DNA of 64,000 bases from Candidatus Multivoradales bacterium (GTDB taxonomy: Bacteria; Acidobacteriota; Thermoanaerobaculia; Multivoradales; J023): the NCBI GenBank assembly GCA_965248925.1, contig CBDFLE010000005.1:607135-671134 (forward strand), read 5' to 3'. The notes under the pieces were generated by a model that did not search any database, was not told the DNA's origin, and worked only from the letters and a program-made list of their open reading frames with translations. The position numbers and the translations under genes were made by a program. Below are positions 55,937 to 64,000 of the stretch, piece by piece (positions within the stretch are counted from its first letter, which is position 1; every line of letters starts with the position of its first letter).

Positions 55937-57667
55937 CTACTGTGACTCCGGCGGGTAAACCGAGACCTCGACCCGACGGTTCAAGGCGTGGTTGTCGGCA
56001 TCGCCGAGATCGGCGGGTTCGTTCCAGCCCATCCCTTCGATGACGAATTTGTTGGGATCGAACTGATACTTCTCGACCAAGACCCTACCCACCGCTTCGG
56101 CGCGCTCGGCGGAAAGCTGCTTCACGTCCTCGAAGCGCACCCCACGGCCGCGCATTGACCCGTCAGTGTGGCCGACGATGGCCACCACCGCGCGCTCGTA
56201 TTGGCCGGCCAGTCGGGCGACTCTTTCGAGGGTGCCGTCGACCGTCGGATCGTAGAGCGTGCCGGTCAAGCCATTACCGTCGTCATCGTGCTTCGGCTCG
56301 TAGAGATTCGATGAGTTGGGGTAGAAGTTGATGCGGATGGTCTGGGTCAGAATCGGCGACTCGGCCCGCACCTTGGAGTAGGTGGTGGGCACGAAGCTGG
56401 TGTGGTATTCATCCTTCTGATGGGCGAAAGTGCCTTCGCTGTCGAGGGCCTTAAGGATGCTGAAGTCCATCACTTCATCAAAGCGGGCCGGCGTGCCGAT
56501 CAGGCCCAACTCGCGGTAAACAAAGGTGATGTTCTTCCAGGTCCGCTCGAAGTTGGCGGGCTCGTTCTGGTTGAGGAAGAACGCCTTGTTCTCGGCGAAG
56601 TTGGTGCGGTGGGCGTCGGCTTCCATGCCTTGCACCTCACCGACGGGCATGCCGTAGCCCTCAGACATCCATTGGAAAGCGTTGGCCTTGAAGCTGTCGT
56701 CCTGGCCCAGCTGTTCCATCGCCTTGAAGATCCCCGATACCAATCCCTTGACGATCTCCGGGTGATCCTTAGCGAAGTCGGCCCGCACCGCCCAGATATC
56801 GGCGATCAGCTTGTTGGCTTCCACCGTGGTGGTGAGAATCTTGGTGCCGGCGACCTTCTCCGGGATGTTGTAGATGTCCGGTGCCCAGGAGACACAAGCG
56901 TCGATCGATTTGTCGGCGACAAAAGCGGCCGCCGCCTCGAACGCGCTGGCAGTGAACTTGTGGTTGATCTCGCTCGGTTGAATGCCGGCATTGAGCAGCA
57001 GGTTGTTGAGGAAGTATTGCGAGGGGCTGTTCTGAGCATAGACCACCGTCTTGCCTCGCAGATCCTCGGCGGTCTCGATGTTGCCGCGCACGACGATGCC
57101 ATCGCCACCGTTGGACCAGTCGATCAGCTGCGGGATGCGGGGCGCGGTGCGTGAGTCCTGCATCAAGCCGGGGGCGAAGAGCACCATCATGTCCAGGGTG
57201 CCCCACAACACATGGCTATTGCCCGAGGCATAGGCGTCGCGGGCCACCACCGGATCGTCGATCAACTTCAGATTAACCTTGAAGCCGTGCTCCTTGAAGA
57301 AGATGCTGTCCTCGTTGGGAGCGAAACCACCGTTGGCGGCGACGATCGGCAACCAGCCAATCCAGACATTGATCGGGAACTGGACAACTTTTTCGCTGTC
57401 GTCCCACTTGTAGTTGCTGACCCCCTGTACCGGAGGCAGCTTCTCTGACGCCACGTAGGCGTATTCGTTGACTGTCGTCACCCCCTGAGTGTCGGGAGCC
57501 TCGATCAGCTGCTGGTCTTTGAACGCAGCCAAGTCGATGTCTGCACTGCCCTTGCCTGAAGGCGCGATCAGGTCGCGAAAGTAGTAACCCGCGCCACCGA
57601 GCAGCGCCAGGATGAAGAGTAGAAGCACCAACTTGCCGAGAGCAGTCGGTCCGGTTTTTTCAGCCAT
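55937..57667 (-). CDS. Fusion protein: NitT/TauT-type ABC substrate-binding domain + C-terminal OmpA-like peptidoglycan-binding domain
   Basis: N-terminal TM/signal anchor. About 330-aa SBP region. C-terminal 'AVVAIVGHTDGSMRG...LSAERAEAVGRVLVE...NRRVEVSVYP', the OmpA/MotB signature. Confidence 0.72.
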   Translation of the reverse strand: MAEKTGPTALGKLVLLLFILALLGGAGYYFRDLIAPSGKGSADIDLAAFKDQQLIEAPDTQGVTTVNEYAYVASEKLPPVQGVSNYKWDDSEKVVQFPINVWIGWLPIVAANGGFAPNEDSIFFKEHGFKVNLKLIDDPVVARDAYASGNSHVLWGTLDMMVLFAPGLMQDSRTAPRIPQLIDWSNGGDGIVVRGNIETAEDLRGKTVVYAQNSPSQYFLNNLLLNAGIQPSEINHKFTASAFEAAAAFVADKSIDACVSWAPDIYNIPEKVAGTKILTTTVEANKLIADIWAVRADFAKDHPEIVKGLVSGIFKAMEQLGQDDSFKANAFQWMSEGYGMPVGEVQGMEADAHRTNFAENKAFFLNQNEPANFERTWKNITFVYRELGLIGTPARFDEVMDFSILKALDSEGTFAHQKDEYHTSFVPTTYSKVRAESPILTQTIRINFYPNSSNLYEPKHDDDGNGLTGTLYDPTVDGTLERVARLAGQYERAVVAIVGHTDGSMRGRGVRFEDVKQLSAERAEAVGRVLVEKYQFDPNKFVIEGMGWNEPADLGDADNHALNRRVEVSVYPPESQ

Positions 57668-57717
57668 CGGAGTTCCTCCGTTGTTTTCTAGTGCAAGAAG
57701 TTTCTAACCAGCGGCAA

Positions 57718-58476
57718 TCAGCCTTCACTGACGCCGGGGCCCATGTCCTTGATTGGGACCGCAGATTCTGCGGCCGGGGCGGCGCTCTCGTCCACCGGCA
57801 TATCGAGGCCATAGGTAGCGGCGAACTCGGCCAGCGCCTGGTCGGCCAGCGCAGCTTGTTCGGCGTCTTTGAGGTCCACTTCACTGATGTCGATCGAGGA
57901 CTCGGCGACCCGCGCTCGGCCAGCGGCCTTGTCACGGCGCTCGGTGAGGTAGTCCTCAACACGGTTCAGGGTGTCGCCGGATCCGCCGATCTCGGTGATC
58001 ATGCCCTGGGCCATCTCTTGCAGTTCGGCCTGGGCTTCGAGCATCTGCGTTTCGCTGAGCATGCGCTTCAACGAATCGATCTTGGCCTGCGCCTCGCGCA
58101 CCGCCACATCGCGGGACTTGACCAGCTTCTTGTAGGTGCCATCGGCGGCCTCGAGCTGGCCGCGATTCTCCTCCAACTGCTCACGCACCGTCTTCAGTTG
58201 CAAGGCGTACTGGCCGGCGGCGGCGCGATTGCCCACTTTGAGGTTGGCGGCGGCCTTGGCGGCCAGCTGGCTGTCCTGCTTCTCCAGATTCTTGACCTGG
58301 CGCATCAAGCGCTCGACAAAGGCCGCGTGATTGGCCAGGCTCTCGTTGAAGCGCGAGATCTGACTGCGAAGGTTCTCCTTCTCGGCCTCGATCAAGGCCC
58401 GCGGGTTGGACTTCTCGATGCCGGAGATAAACAGGCTCAGGAAGCCCTTGAAGAGGTTGCTGAGGCGTCGAAACAT
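57718..58476 (-). CDS. pspA: PspA/IM30 (Vipp1) family protein
   Basis: 253 aa from 'MFRRLSNLFKGFLSLFISGIEKSNPRALIEAEKENLRSQ', matching the PspA/Vipp1 N-terminal amphipathic helix and helix alpha1. Coiled-coil throughout. AAGGAGA RBS. The ORF-track 58617 start is a non-coding extension that runs through the promoter. Confidence 0.8.
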   Translation of the reverse strand: MFRRLSNLFKGFLSLFISGIEKSNPRALIEAEKENLRSQISRFNESLANHAAFVERLMRQVKNLEKQDSQLAAKAAANLKVGNRAAAGQYALQLKTVREQLEENRGQLEAADGTYKKLVKSRDVAVREAQAKIDSLKRMLSETQMLEAQAELQEMAQGMITEIGGSGDTLNRVEDYLTERRDKAAGRARVAESSIDISEVDLKDAEQAALADQALAEFAATYGLDMPVDESAAPAAESAVPIKDMGPGVSEG

Positions 58477-58608
58477 GGGCGGCGTCTCCTTCAGACACCG
58501 CGGCTTCCTCGAAGGCTGGCCGCGGCTCGCGTCGTTCGCCGGGGAGGGTAGCGGAGCAGCAAAGCGCCCGGCATCGTACGTGGTGAATTTCAATCGTGGG
58601 GCGATTCT

Positions 58609-58625
58609 AGCAAACATCTAGCCAA
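58609..58625 (-). promoter_or_regulatory. Candidate sigma-54 (-24/-12) promoter for the pspA operon: TTGGCTAgatgtTTGCTa on the minus strand
   Basis: GG and GC dinucleotides at exactly the consensus spacing (TGGCAC-N5-TTGCW; mismatches only at -22/-21), about 135 bp upstream of the pspA start. A 6-bp-arm inverted repeat GCCACC-N6-GGTGGC (58641-58658) lies 16 bp further upstream. Confidence 0.45.
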
Positions 58626-58871
58626 TAAGGCGCGTCTGCGGCCACCGACAGAGGTGGCGGCGAATTCTTCCCACAGCTGTCTAAACGTCGCCTTTGCAGA
58701 TAGGTACGGCTACCAGACCGGCGCTATTCGGTCAGCCGATCTAAAGCTGCTCTCTTCGGCCGCCAGGGGTATCAAGAAGGCTTCTGGGGAGTAGCCGCAG
58801 TCGGGCGCCGCTCCTTGTCCCGCCTTGGCAAGCGGCTAGCTGGTTGGCGCTAGCGCAACTGAGCCAGGACC

Positions 58872-60326
58872 CTAGGGCGAAACGCTAGTCCACTCGCTGG
58901 TACTGTTGGACTCGAAGCCATCCTCGAAGATCTTGCCAACGGTGCCGGTGTTAACGGTGATACCGAAACCCGTAGCGGTAGCGAAATCGACGCTGACCGA
59001 GATTGACGCGGCGGCATCGACAAAAGTTTCGCCAACCGTCCACATGGTACCCGCATTGTCACCGAAATTGGCCGGGGGATCGGCATCGTCCACCGCCCAA
59101 GAGGGTTCCGAGCGACCGACCACTACCTGGTGGATAATCACCGCGTCGCCGACGAGTGCTGCTTCGTAGTCGCCGCCGCGCAGCCGAGCTTCGACTGTGT
59201 ACCAATGCGAGCTATCGATCGCAATACGCACCAATTGAAAATTGCTGGCGCCGATCAGAGAAGTGCGGTCGAGCAAGATCTCGGTGCTGCTGTCGGCCGG
59301 CGGCTCGAAGCGCCGCGCCGGCGCGAACCAACCGAGGGAGTCCTTGTGGTAGGCATTCACATGCTTGCCCAACCGGCCGTAGGTGCCGTCCACGACGGAG
59401 TAGGAGGTGGCAGAACTCATCACGTCCCAAGGGCTGTCGTAGGGATTGGAATCGCCGTCAAAATTGTTGGCGTGGGGTAGGCCGAATCCATGTCCCATCT
59501 CGTGGGCGATCACCCCTTCGTCGGCGTAGCCCCAGGGCGGCTCCCAAGTCGTGCGCCAAGTCTTCGCCACCCCATCGAGGGTGGCGAAGCGGCTGCCGCC
59601 CCAAGCGCAACAGTCAAGCAAGCCGTTGAGCATGATGTTGATGCCTGCGAAGGGATTGCCGCCGCCCGAGAAGTCGACAAACGGGTCCGCCGCGGCTGTG
59701 CAATCGTTGAAAATAAGATTCAGGTTGGCGTTGGTACCGCTGCCCGGAGTGGGTACGTAGCTGTTATGGGTACCGGGTAGGGCCACCCAATCTATTGCCG
59801 TCGAGCCGATGATGTCGATTTGGCCGGCTGAGACCTCACGCCAAAAGTGATCCAGCCCGCCGGGTGCGTTGGCATACATGCCGTTGAAGAAACCCTGGTC
59901 CCGCGGCTCGGTAGCTACGTCCGAGAACTTACACAGCAACGATACCCAGGGCTGGGAACCGCTGACTACCCCACGCGCATCAGTTTCGCCGAGCAAGCGG
60001 ATGGCGGCGACGTCAAAGTGCTGCTCGCCAGCGGCGGCTTGGGCGGCGAGGCGGGGGAAAACCCGCACGCGCCGACCGTCCCATCTGGCCACGCCACCGC
60101 GCAGCAACTCGAAGCTCATGCTCAGCTCCCGGCTGACTCCTTGTTCGTCGGTGAGCAGAATCCTGCGCGGGGTGGCGATTACGGCACCGGGCTGCGAATC
60201 GCCCCAGACGATGCTCAACCAACCGACTACGGAGGGCGCGAGGTCAGCGGCGAGCGTCGGGGCCGCCAGCAGCATGGTCAGCAGACAGAAGGCGGCGGAG
60301 CACGATGGCACTTTGAAGGAGGTCAT
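58872..60326 (-). CDS. Secreted zinc metalloprotease with metzincin-type HEXXHXXGXXH motif
   Basis: Signal peptide 'CLLTMLLAAPTLAAD'. 'VIAHEMGHGFGLPHANNFDG' zinc-binding motif. Large N-terminal pro/beta region. C-terminal about 90-aa beta domain ending 'FEDGFESNSTSEWTSVSP'. Confidence 0.72.
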   Translation of the reverse strand: MTSFKVPSCSAAFCLLTMLLAAPTLAADLAPSVVGWLSIVWGDSQPGAVIATPRRILLTDEQGVSRELSMSFELLRGGVARWDGRRVRVFPRLAAQAAAGEQHFDVAAIRLLGETDARGVVSGSQPWVSLLCKFSDVATEPRDQGFFNGMYANAPGGLDHFWREVSAGQIDIIGSTAIDWVALPGTHNSYVPTPGSGTNANLNLIFNDCTAAADPFVDFSGGGNPFAGINIMLNGLLDCCAWGGSRFATLDGVAKTWRTTWEPPWGYADEGVIAHEMGHGFGLPHANNFDGDSNPYDSPWDVMSSATSYSVVDGTYGRLGKHVNAYHKDSLGWFAPARRFEPPADSSTEILLDRTSLIGASNFQLVRIAIDSSHWYTVEARLRGGDYEAALVGDAVIIHQVVVGRSEPSWAVDDADPPANFGDNAGTMWTVGETFVDAAASISVSVDFATATGFGITVNTGTVGKIFEDGFESNSTSEWTSVSP

Positions 60327-60445
60327 TCATTTTCCTCGGGAAATAATAGCTCAGCGTATGCAAAACTCACTATAACACGCATGGACCAGCGGCCGTTGGG
60401 GTCGGGCAAAACCTGTCGGCAGCTGGAGTCTTTGTCCCTTTCGCC

Positions 60446-61627
60446 CTAGTTGAAATCGATCTGGTAGCGGCCTTCAGCCATCAGCAGGACGGCCTGATCG
60501 TGTTCAAAGTGCAGCTCAACAGCAAGCACTTCAACCCTTGGTTGGGTTTCCCGCAGATAGACCCGATCGATGTGCACCACTGCTTCGGGTCGGCTGAAAT
60601 CAGCCGCGCCTACCTGCCCGCCGAAGTGGTCGCTGCGTCCGAAGGCGATGTGCAGACCCAGTTTCTCGTCGAGCAGAATCTCACCTACCGGGCGGACGCC
60701 GAAATCCGCCAGCACTCCCAGGCCAAGTTCGGCCAAATTGCCATAGGCCGGCTCGGCACTCAGGCGGGCAGCCTCGCTTTTGGCGACCGCTCCCCCAGCC
60801 TCAACCGCCACCGCTCGATTGCGGTCGATACGGTAGATCACAACTTCGCCGTCCAGCTCCACTGGCAGGGTGCCGGCACTAAGGCTGGGATCGCCATCCT
60901 GCTCCCCTTCATAGGGCACGATGTAGGACTCGCCGGAGGGCAGGTTGCCGGCGTTACCCGGCTCTGGCAGCAGGCCGCCCGAAGCGTGGGCGGTGCGGTG
61001 GCGCAAGTCGAGAATCAGCCGATGAGTCTTGCCGGCGGCAGCGAAGCGAAGCTCGGCTCGCTGGGCGCGGTCGAGCAAGCCCTTCAGCAGCCGCACTCGA
61101 CGATCGATCTCCACGTAGTCGAGGCGCAGCGCCGGCACCATGGCGCTGCTGAAACCGGGCAAAGTGGCGGCCCGCAGCTGGTGCCGCGGCGCCGCCAGCT
61201 TAAGCGGTGCGGTGGTCGACAGTTCAGTGGGTGCCAGCAGCAGGTCGAGGCGGTTGAAAATCTCACTGAAGGACTCGCCGCGGTTGGGATCGAGCTGATC
61301 CGCATCGGTAGGCAGGTCGCCTGCCTGGTAACGCCAGGCGGTCGCTGGCAAGTCGGCGTTGTTCCGCCGCGCGTTGCGATAGAGGTAGAGTTCGATTTCC
61401 AGCCCTAGCTGGTCCTGTTGGGCGCGGAGACGCTGATACCAATCGAGCGCCATTTGCCGCCGCTTCTGCCAGCCGGAATGGTCGGCCAGTTGGGCATCCG
61501 GCAGATCGGTGATGACCGCTAACCGACGATCCTCGTCACGCAAGCTGAAAACCCGGCGGACAAGATCGACCAGCTCGTCATCAGAGAGCCGCAGATCACT
61601 GGTAGAGGCGGCGGGGGAGTAGGTCAT
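60446..61627 (-). CDS. Hypothetical protein, possibly M29-family (aminopeptidase T-like) aminopeptidase
   Basis: About 394 aa, the same size class as M29 enzymes. 'GNLPSGESYIVP' resembles the conserved GNxPsGE block of aminopeptidase T/PepS. The assignment is from memory only. Confidence 0.35.
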   Translation of the reverse strand: MTYSPAASTSDLRLSDDELVDLVRRVFSLRDEDRRLAVITDLPDAQLADHSGWQKRRQMALDWYQRLRAQQDQLGLEIELYLYRNARRNNADLPATAWRYQAGDLPTDADQLDPNRGESFSEIFNRLDLLLAPTELSTTAPLKLAAPRHQLRAATLPGFSSAMVPALRLDYVEIDRRVRLLKGLLDRAQRAELRFAAAGKTHRLILDLRHRTAHASGGLLPEPGNAGNLPSGESYIVPYEGEQDGDPSLSAGTLPVELDGEVVIYRIDRNRAVAVEAGGAVAKSEAARLSAEPAYGNLAELGLGVLADFGVRPVGEILLDEKLGLHIAFGRSDHFGGQVGAADFSRPEAVVHIDRVYLRETQPRVEVLAVELHFEHDQAVLLMAEGRYQIDFN

Positions 61628-61647
61628 CAGTGGATCCTCACCACGGC

Positions 61648-62790
61648 TCAAACCGATGCCGCCAGCTCGACCAACCTGTCGCCGATGACTGCTACACGCC
61701 AGCCGCGAAGCGCCTCGGGGAGAATCATCTCGCTGCCTTCGAGGCTGCGACGCAGAGTGTCTTCCACGCTGCGTCGGTTGGACAGCAGCTCTGGCGGGAC
61801 ATTGAGCTCAGCAGCCACGGCACTGACCTCCTGGCGCATCCTCGCCACGGTGCTCTTGTAGGGTCGCAAATCCGCGCCCTGGGAGAGGTCGGGGGGCAGG
61901 CACTCCTCGGCTAAGGAGCGTGCATCGGCGACCAACTGTAAGATTCTGGCACCGTAGCGTTGCACCAAGCCTGCCTCCATGCCCCTTATCTGGCTCAACT
62001 GACGCTGGGTTTCTGGCATCCGCTGGGCAATGTCGACCAGCAGATGTTCGTGGATGACGAAGTTGCGAGGTAGATCCCGGCTTCGAGCTTGCTCCTCGCG
62101 CCAAGCGGCGAGCTGCTGCAAGGCGCCGCGGCGTCGCCGGTCGAGGCGGCCACCGCCCTTGATCTTGCGATAGACCTGCTCCGGCTCAGGTAGGAAACGG
62201 TGCGGGTCCATCAATCCCTCAAGATCCTCCTGCAACCAACTCAGCCGGCCGAGCTGCTCGAGTTCGGCACTCAGTAAGCGATGCAGCGGCAGCAGGTAGA
62301 GCACATCGAGCGCGGCGTAGCGTAGCTGGGCCGCGGACAAAGGACGTCGGGTCCAGTCGGTGCGGGTCTCTCCCTTGGGCAGGGCAACGCCGAAAAAGCG
62401 CTCGACCAAGCGGCTATAGCCCAGCGAGTAGCCATGACCGGCGAAGGCGGCGGCGAGCTGGGTGTCGAACAAAGGCCGTGGAAAATCGTCGCCCAGGCGA
62501 TGTAGGACTTCGAGATCTTCGCTGCAAGAATGGAAGACCTTGGCCACCTCTCGGTTGGCCAGCAGCTCCAAGAGGGGTGTCAGATCCAGTTGCAGAGGAT
62601 CGACCAACCAGATCTGTTGCTCGGTCGCCACTTGCAGCAGACCGAGACGGGCGTAGAAGGTGCGCGTACGCACAAACTCGGTATCCAAGGCTAAAGCACT
62701 GGCGTCTTGCCACTGGGCAGCGGCCTGGTTGAGTTCATCCTGGTTTTTCACCAGAGTGGATGCGAGTTGGGGAATCGTTTCAGCGGTCAT
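61648..62790 (-). CDS. rnd: Ribonuclease D
   Basis: DEDDy 3'-5' exonuclease domain 'LALDTEFVRTRTFYARLGLLQV...VFHSCSEDLEVL...QLRYAALDVLYL'. HRDC-type C-terminal region. 381 aa from the ATG at 62790. Confidence 0.8.
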   Translation of the reverse strand: MTAETIPQLASTLVKNQDELNQAAAQWQDASALALDTEFVRTRTFYARLGLLQVATEQQIWLVDPLQLDLTPLLELLANREVAKVFHSCSEDLEVLHRLGDDFPRPLFDTQLAAAFAGHGYSLGYSRLVERFFGVALPKGETRTDWTRRPLSAAQLRYAALDVLYLLPLHRLLSAELEQLGRLSWLQEDLEGLMDPHRFLPEPEQVYRKIKGGGRLDRRRRGALQQLAAWREEQARSRDLPRNFVIHEHLLVDIAQRMPETQRQLSQIRGMEAGLVQRYGARILQLVADARSLAEECLPPDLSQGADLRPYKSTVARMRQEVSAVAAELNVPPELLSNRRSVEDTLRRSLEGSEMILPEALRGWRVAVIGDRLVELAASV

Positions 62791-62937
62791 CAGTTCTCGG
62801 TAGTAGCTCGGAGTTGATTGGCGGGGTAGCCCGCAAAAGCAGCCGGGGGGCTGCAAGAGGGGAGGATCTATCGTCGCCCTATCCTACCAGGCAGGGTGCG
62901 GCTATCTCTCCAATCGAGCCTCGGCGTGGGGAGAAAT

Positions 62938-63681
62938 CTAAGGCCTTTTCCGGTGTCGCGCCGCTAACAAGTCGGCCCAGCCGTGTCGCTTCGCCTGCCA
63001 GCCCGCGATGGGTAAGAGGGCGAGCAGTAACAACGCCAGAAGGGTAGGCCTAAGCTGCGGCCGCAGGCCATCGCTGGATTCGCCCAGGCGCAACATGCGG
63101 TCGGCGGCCCAGCCGTAGGTCAGAGTGCCGGGAACGATGCCGATCAAGGTGGCCAGCGCGAAGGGAAAGAAGCTGATGCGGGTCAGTCCACAGAGCAGGT
63201 TGAGCAGGGTGAAGGGCAAGGACGGCAGGACCCGCAACCAGAGTACGATCCAACCGTCGAACTCCGCAGTCTGGCGGTCGAGTCGCAGCAATGCTGGATG
63301 GCTACTTAGCCTTCGCGTGATCCACCGCCGAGCCAGACCACGCGCTAGCAAGAAAGAACCGCAGGCGCCCAGCGTGCCACTGCACACAGCGACTCCAACC
63401 GCTGGCCACAATCCCAGTATGGCGACAGCGGCGATTAGCAGCAGAGTGGCGGGAATACCTAGTAGGGTGCCGAGAGCGAAGGCTACCGTCGCTGCCGGAT
63501 ATGCCCAAACGCCCAGTTTCTCCGCCAGCTTGGCCAGAGTTTGCCCAGAGGGCAGTGCCCACTCAGACCAGCTCCACCAGGCCAATAGAACTAGCGCTAG
63601 AATCCCCACTGTGAGCAGCGCCGGGCTGCGAGGTAAGCGCCGTTGGCGGTTCAGCGGCCCACCCCAGATCGAGGCTGGCAC
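62938..63681 (-). CDS. DedA/TVP38 (SNARE-associated) family membrane protein
   Basis: About 5-6 TM. Conserved Gly/Pro-rich re-entrant-loop region 'GTLLGIPATLLLIAAVAILG' and 'GIVPGTLTYGWAADR' typical of the DedA family. Confidence 0.55.
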   Translation of the reverse strand: MPASIWGGPLNRQRRLPRSPALLTVGILALVLLAWWSWSEWALPSGQTLAKLAEKLGVWAYPAATVAFALGTLLGIPATLLLIAAVAILGLWPAVGVAVCSGTLGACGSFLLARGLARRWITRRLSSHPALLRLDRQTAEFDGWIVLWLRVLPSLPFTLLNLLCGLTRISFFPFALATLIGIVPGTLTYGWAADRMLRLGESSDGLRPQLRPTLLALLLLALLPIAGWQAKRHGWADLLAARHRKRP

Positions 63682-63737
63682 CAGCGGGAGCGGCGCCGAG
63701 CTGTGGATCTTTTCTTTGCTTCCATCGTAGTTTTATT

Positions 63738-64000
63738 ATGCCTCTAATCGATTTCTTGAGCCACCTCCGCTATCCCACCACGGATTGGGACTTGGCACCC
63801 TACCTTGAGTTGCGCCGCCAGCGCGATGCGCTGCTGCGCTGGCCGGTGGCCGCTCTCGCCTGGCTGTCGCTGCCTCCAGCCGCGGTCAGCCTAGCTGGAG
63901 TGGCCTTGGCGGCCGGCACCTTGTGGACTTTCGGCGCCCGCCCGCTGCTGGCACTCCTGGCCTTTCTTGGAGCGCTGCTCGCCGACGCGCTTGACGGTGC
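63738..64000 (+). CDS. CDP-alcohol phosphatidyltransferase family protein, N-terminal part (runs off the 3' end of the window)
   Basis: ATG 63738. Hydrophobic N-terminus. Translation ends at the window edge with '...ALLADALDG', the start of the D(X)2DG(X)2AR...G(X)3D(X)3D signature. Confidence 0.5.
   Translation, partial: MPLIDFLSHLRYPTTDWDLAPYLELRRQRDALLRWPVAALAWLSLPPAAVSLAGVALAAGTLWTFGARPLLALLAFLGALLADALDG

Noticed and set aside
57718-58617. Longer pspA ORF starting at 58617
   Set aside because: The extra 47 residues (MFARIAPRLKFTTYDAGRF...) are not PspA-like and span the predicted promoter. The conserved amphipathic helix starts at the ATG at 58476, which has a good RBS.

Overview
High-GC (about 65-68%) bacterial chromosomal segment, densely coding. 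I call roughly 55 protein genes, 2 tRNAs (Lys-TTT, Glu-TTC), one intact IS256-family insertion sequence next to tRNA-Lys, and no rRNA or CRISPR. Housekeeping anchors are rimP (probably followed by nusA off the 5' edge), purA, ppc, rnd, arcC, mtaB, two acyl-CoA dehydrogenases, an HtrA/DegP protease, a PlsC-type acyltransferase, and a partial CDP-alcohol phosphatidyltransferase at the 3' edge. The accessory-looking content is: (i) a 7.2-kb minus-strand operon, behind a sigma-54-type promoter, encoding PspA/IM30, an ABC importer whose substrate-binding protein is fused to an OmpA domain, a 2-TM coiled-coil protein, and a single-domain classic-clade AAA+ ATPase. This PspA plus AAA+ combination (reminiscent of ESCRT-III/Vps4) is my top candidate for an undescribed system. 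(ii) A signal-peptide-bearing 8-cysteine mini-protein gene with its own attenuator hairpin, followed by a membrane-anchored TlpA-like CxxC oxidoreductase. (iii) An 11-kb co-directional cluster: Elp3-like radical-SAM/GNAT, an insert-bearing KAS I/II ketosynthase, a DUF2868-like membrane protein, a P-loop GTPase, MtaB, a hotdog thioesterase, an ALS-family TPP enzyme, and a SurA-like PPIase, with a divergent class-I methyltransferase. (iv) A PilZ-IDR-TM-AMIN architecture protein convergent with a non-canonical sigma-54 enhancer-binding protein, next to an AT-rich island carrying a 35-bp near-perfect palindrome. (v) Scars of mobile DNA: IS256 truncating a CarboxypepD_reg-repeat protein, and tRNA-Glu followed by a 22-bp tandem duplication and an ECF-sigma region-4 fragment. 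(vi) A peptidase-rich stretch (S9, M19, CPBP-like, metzincin-like, M29-like). All calls rest on motif reading of the supplied translations; I ran no database searches.
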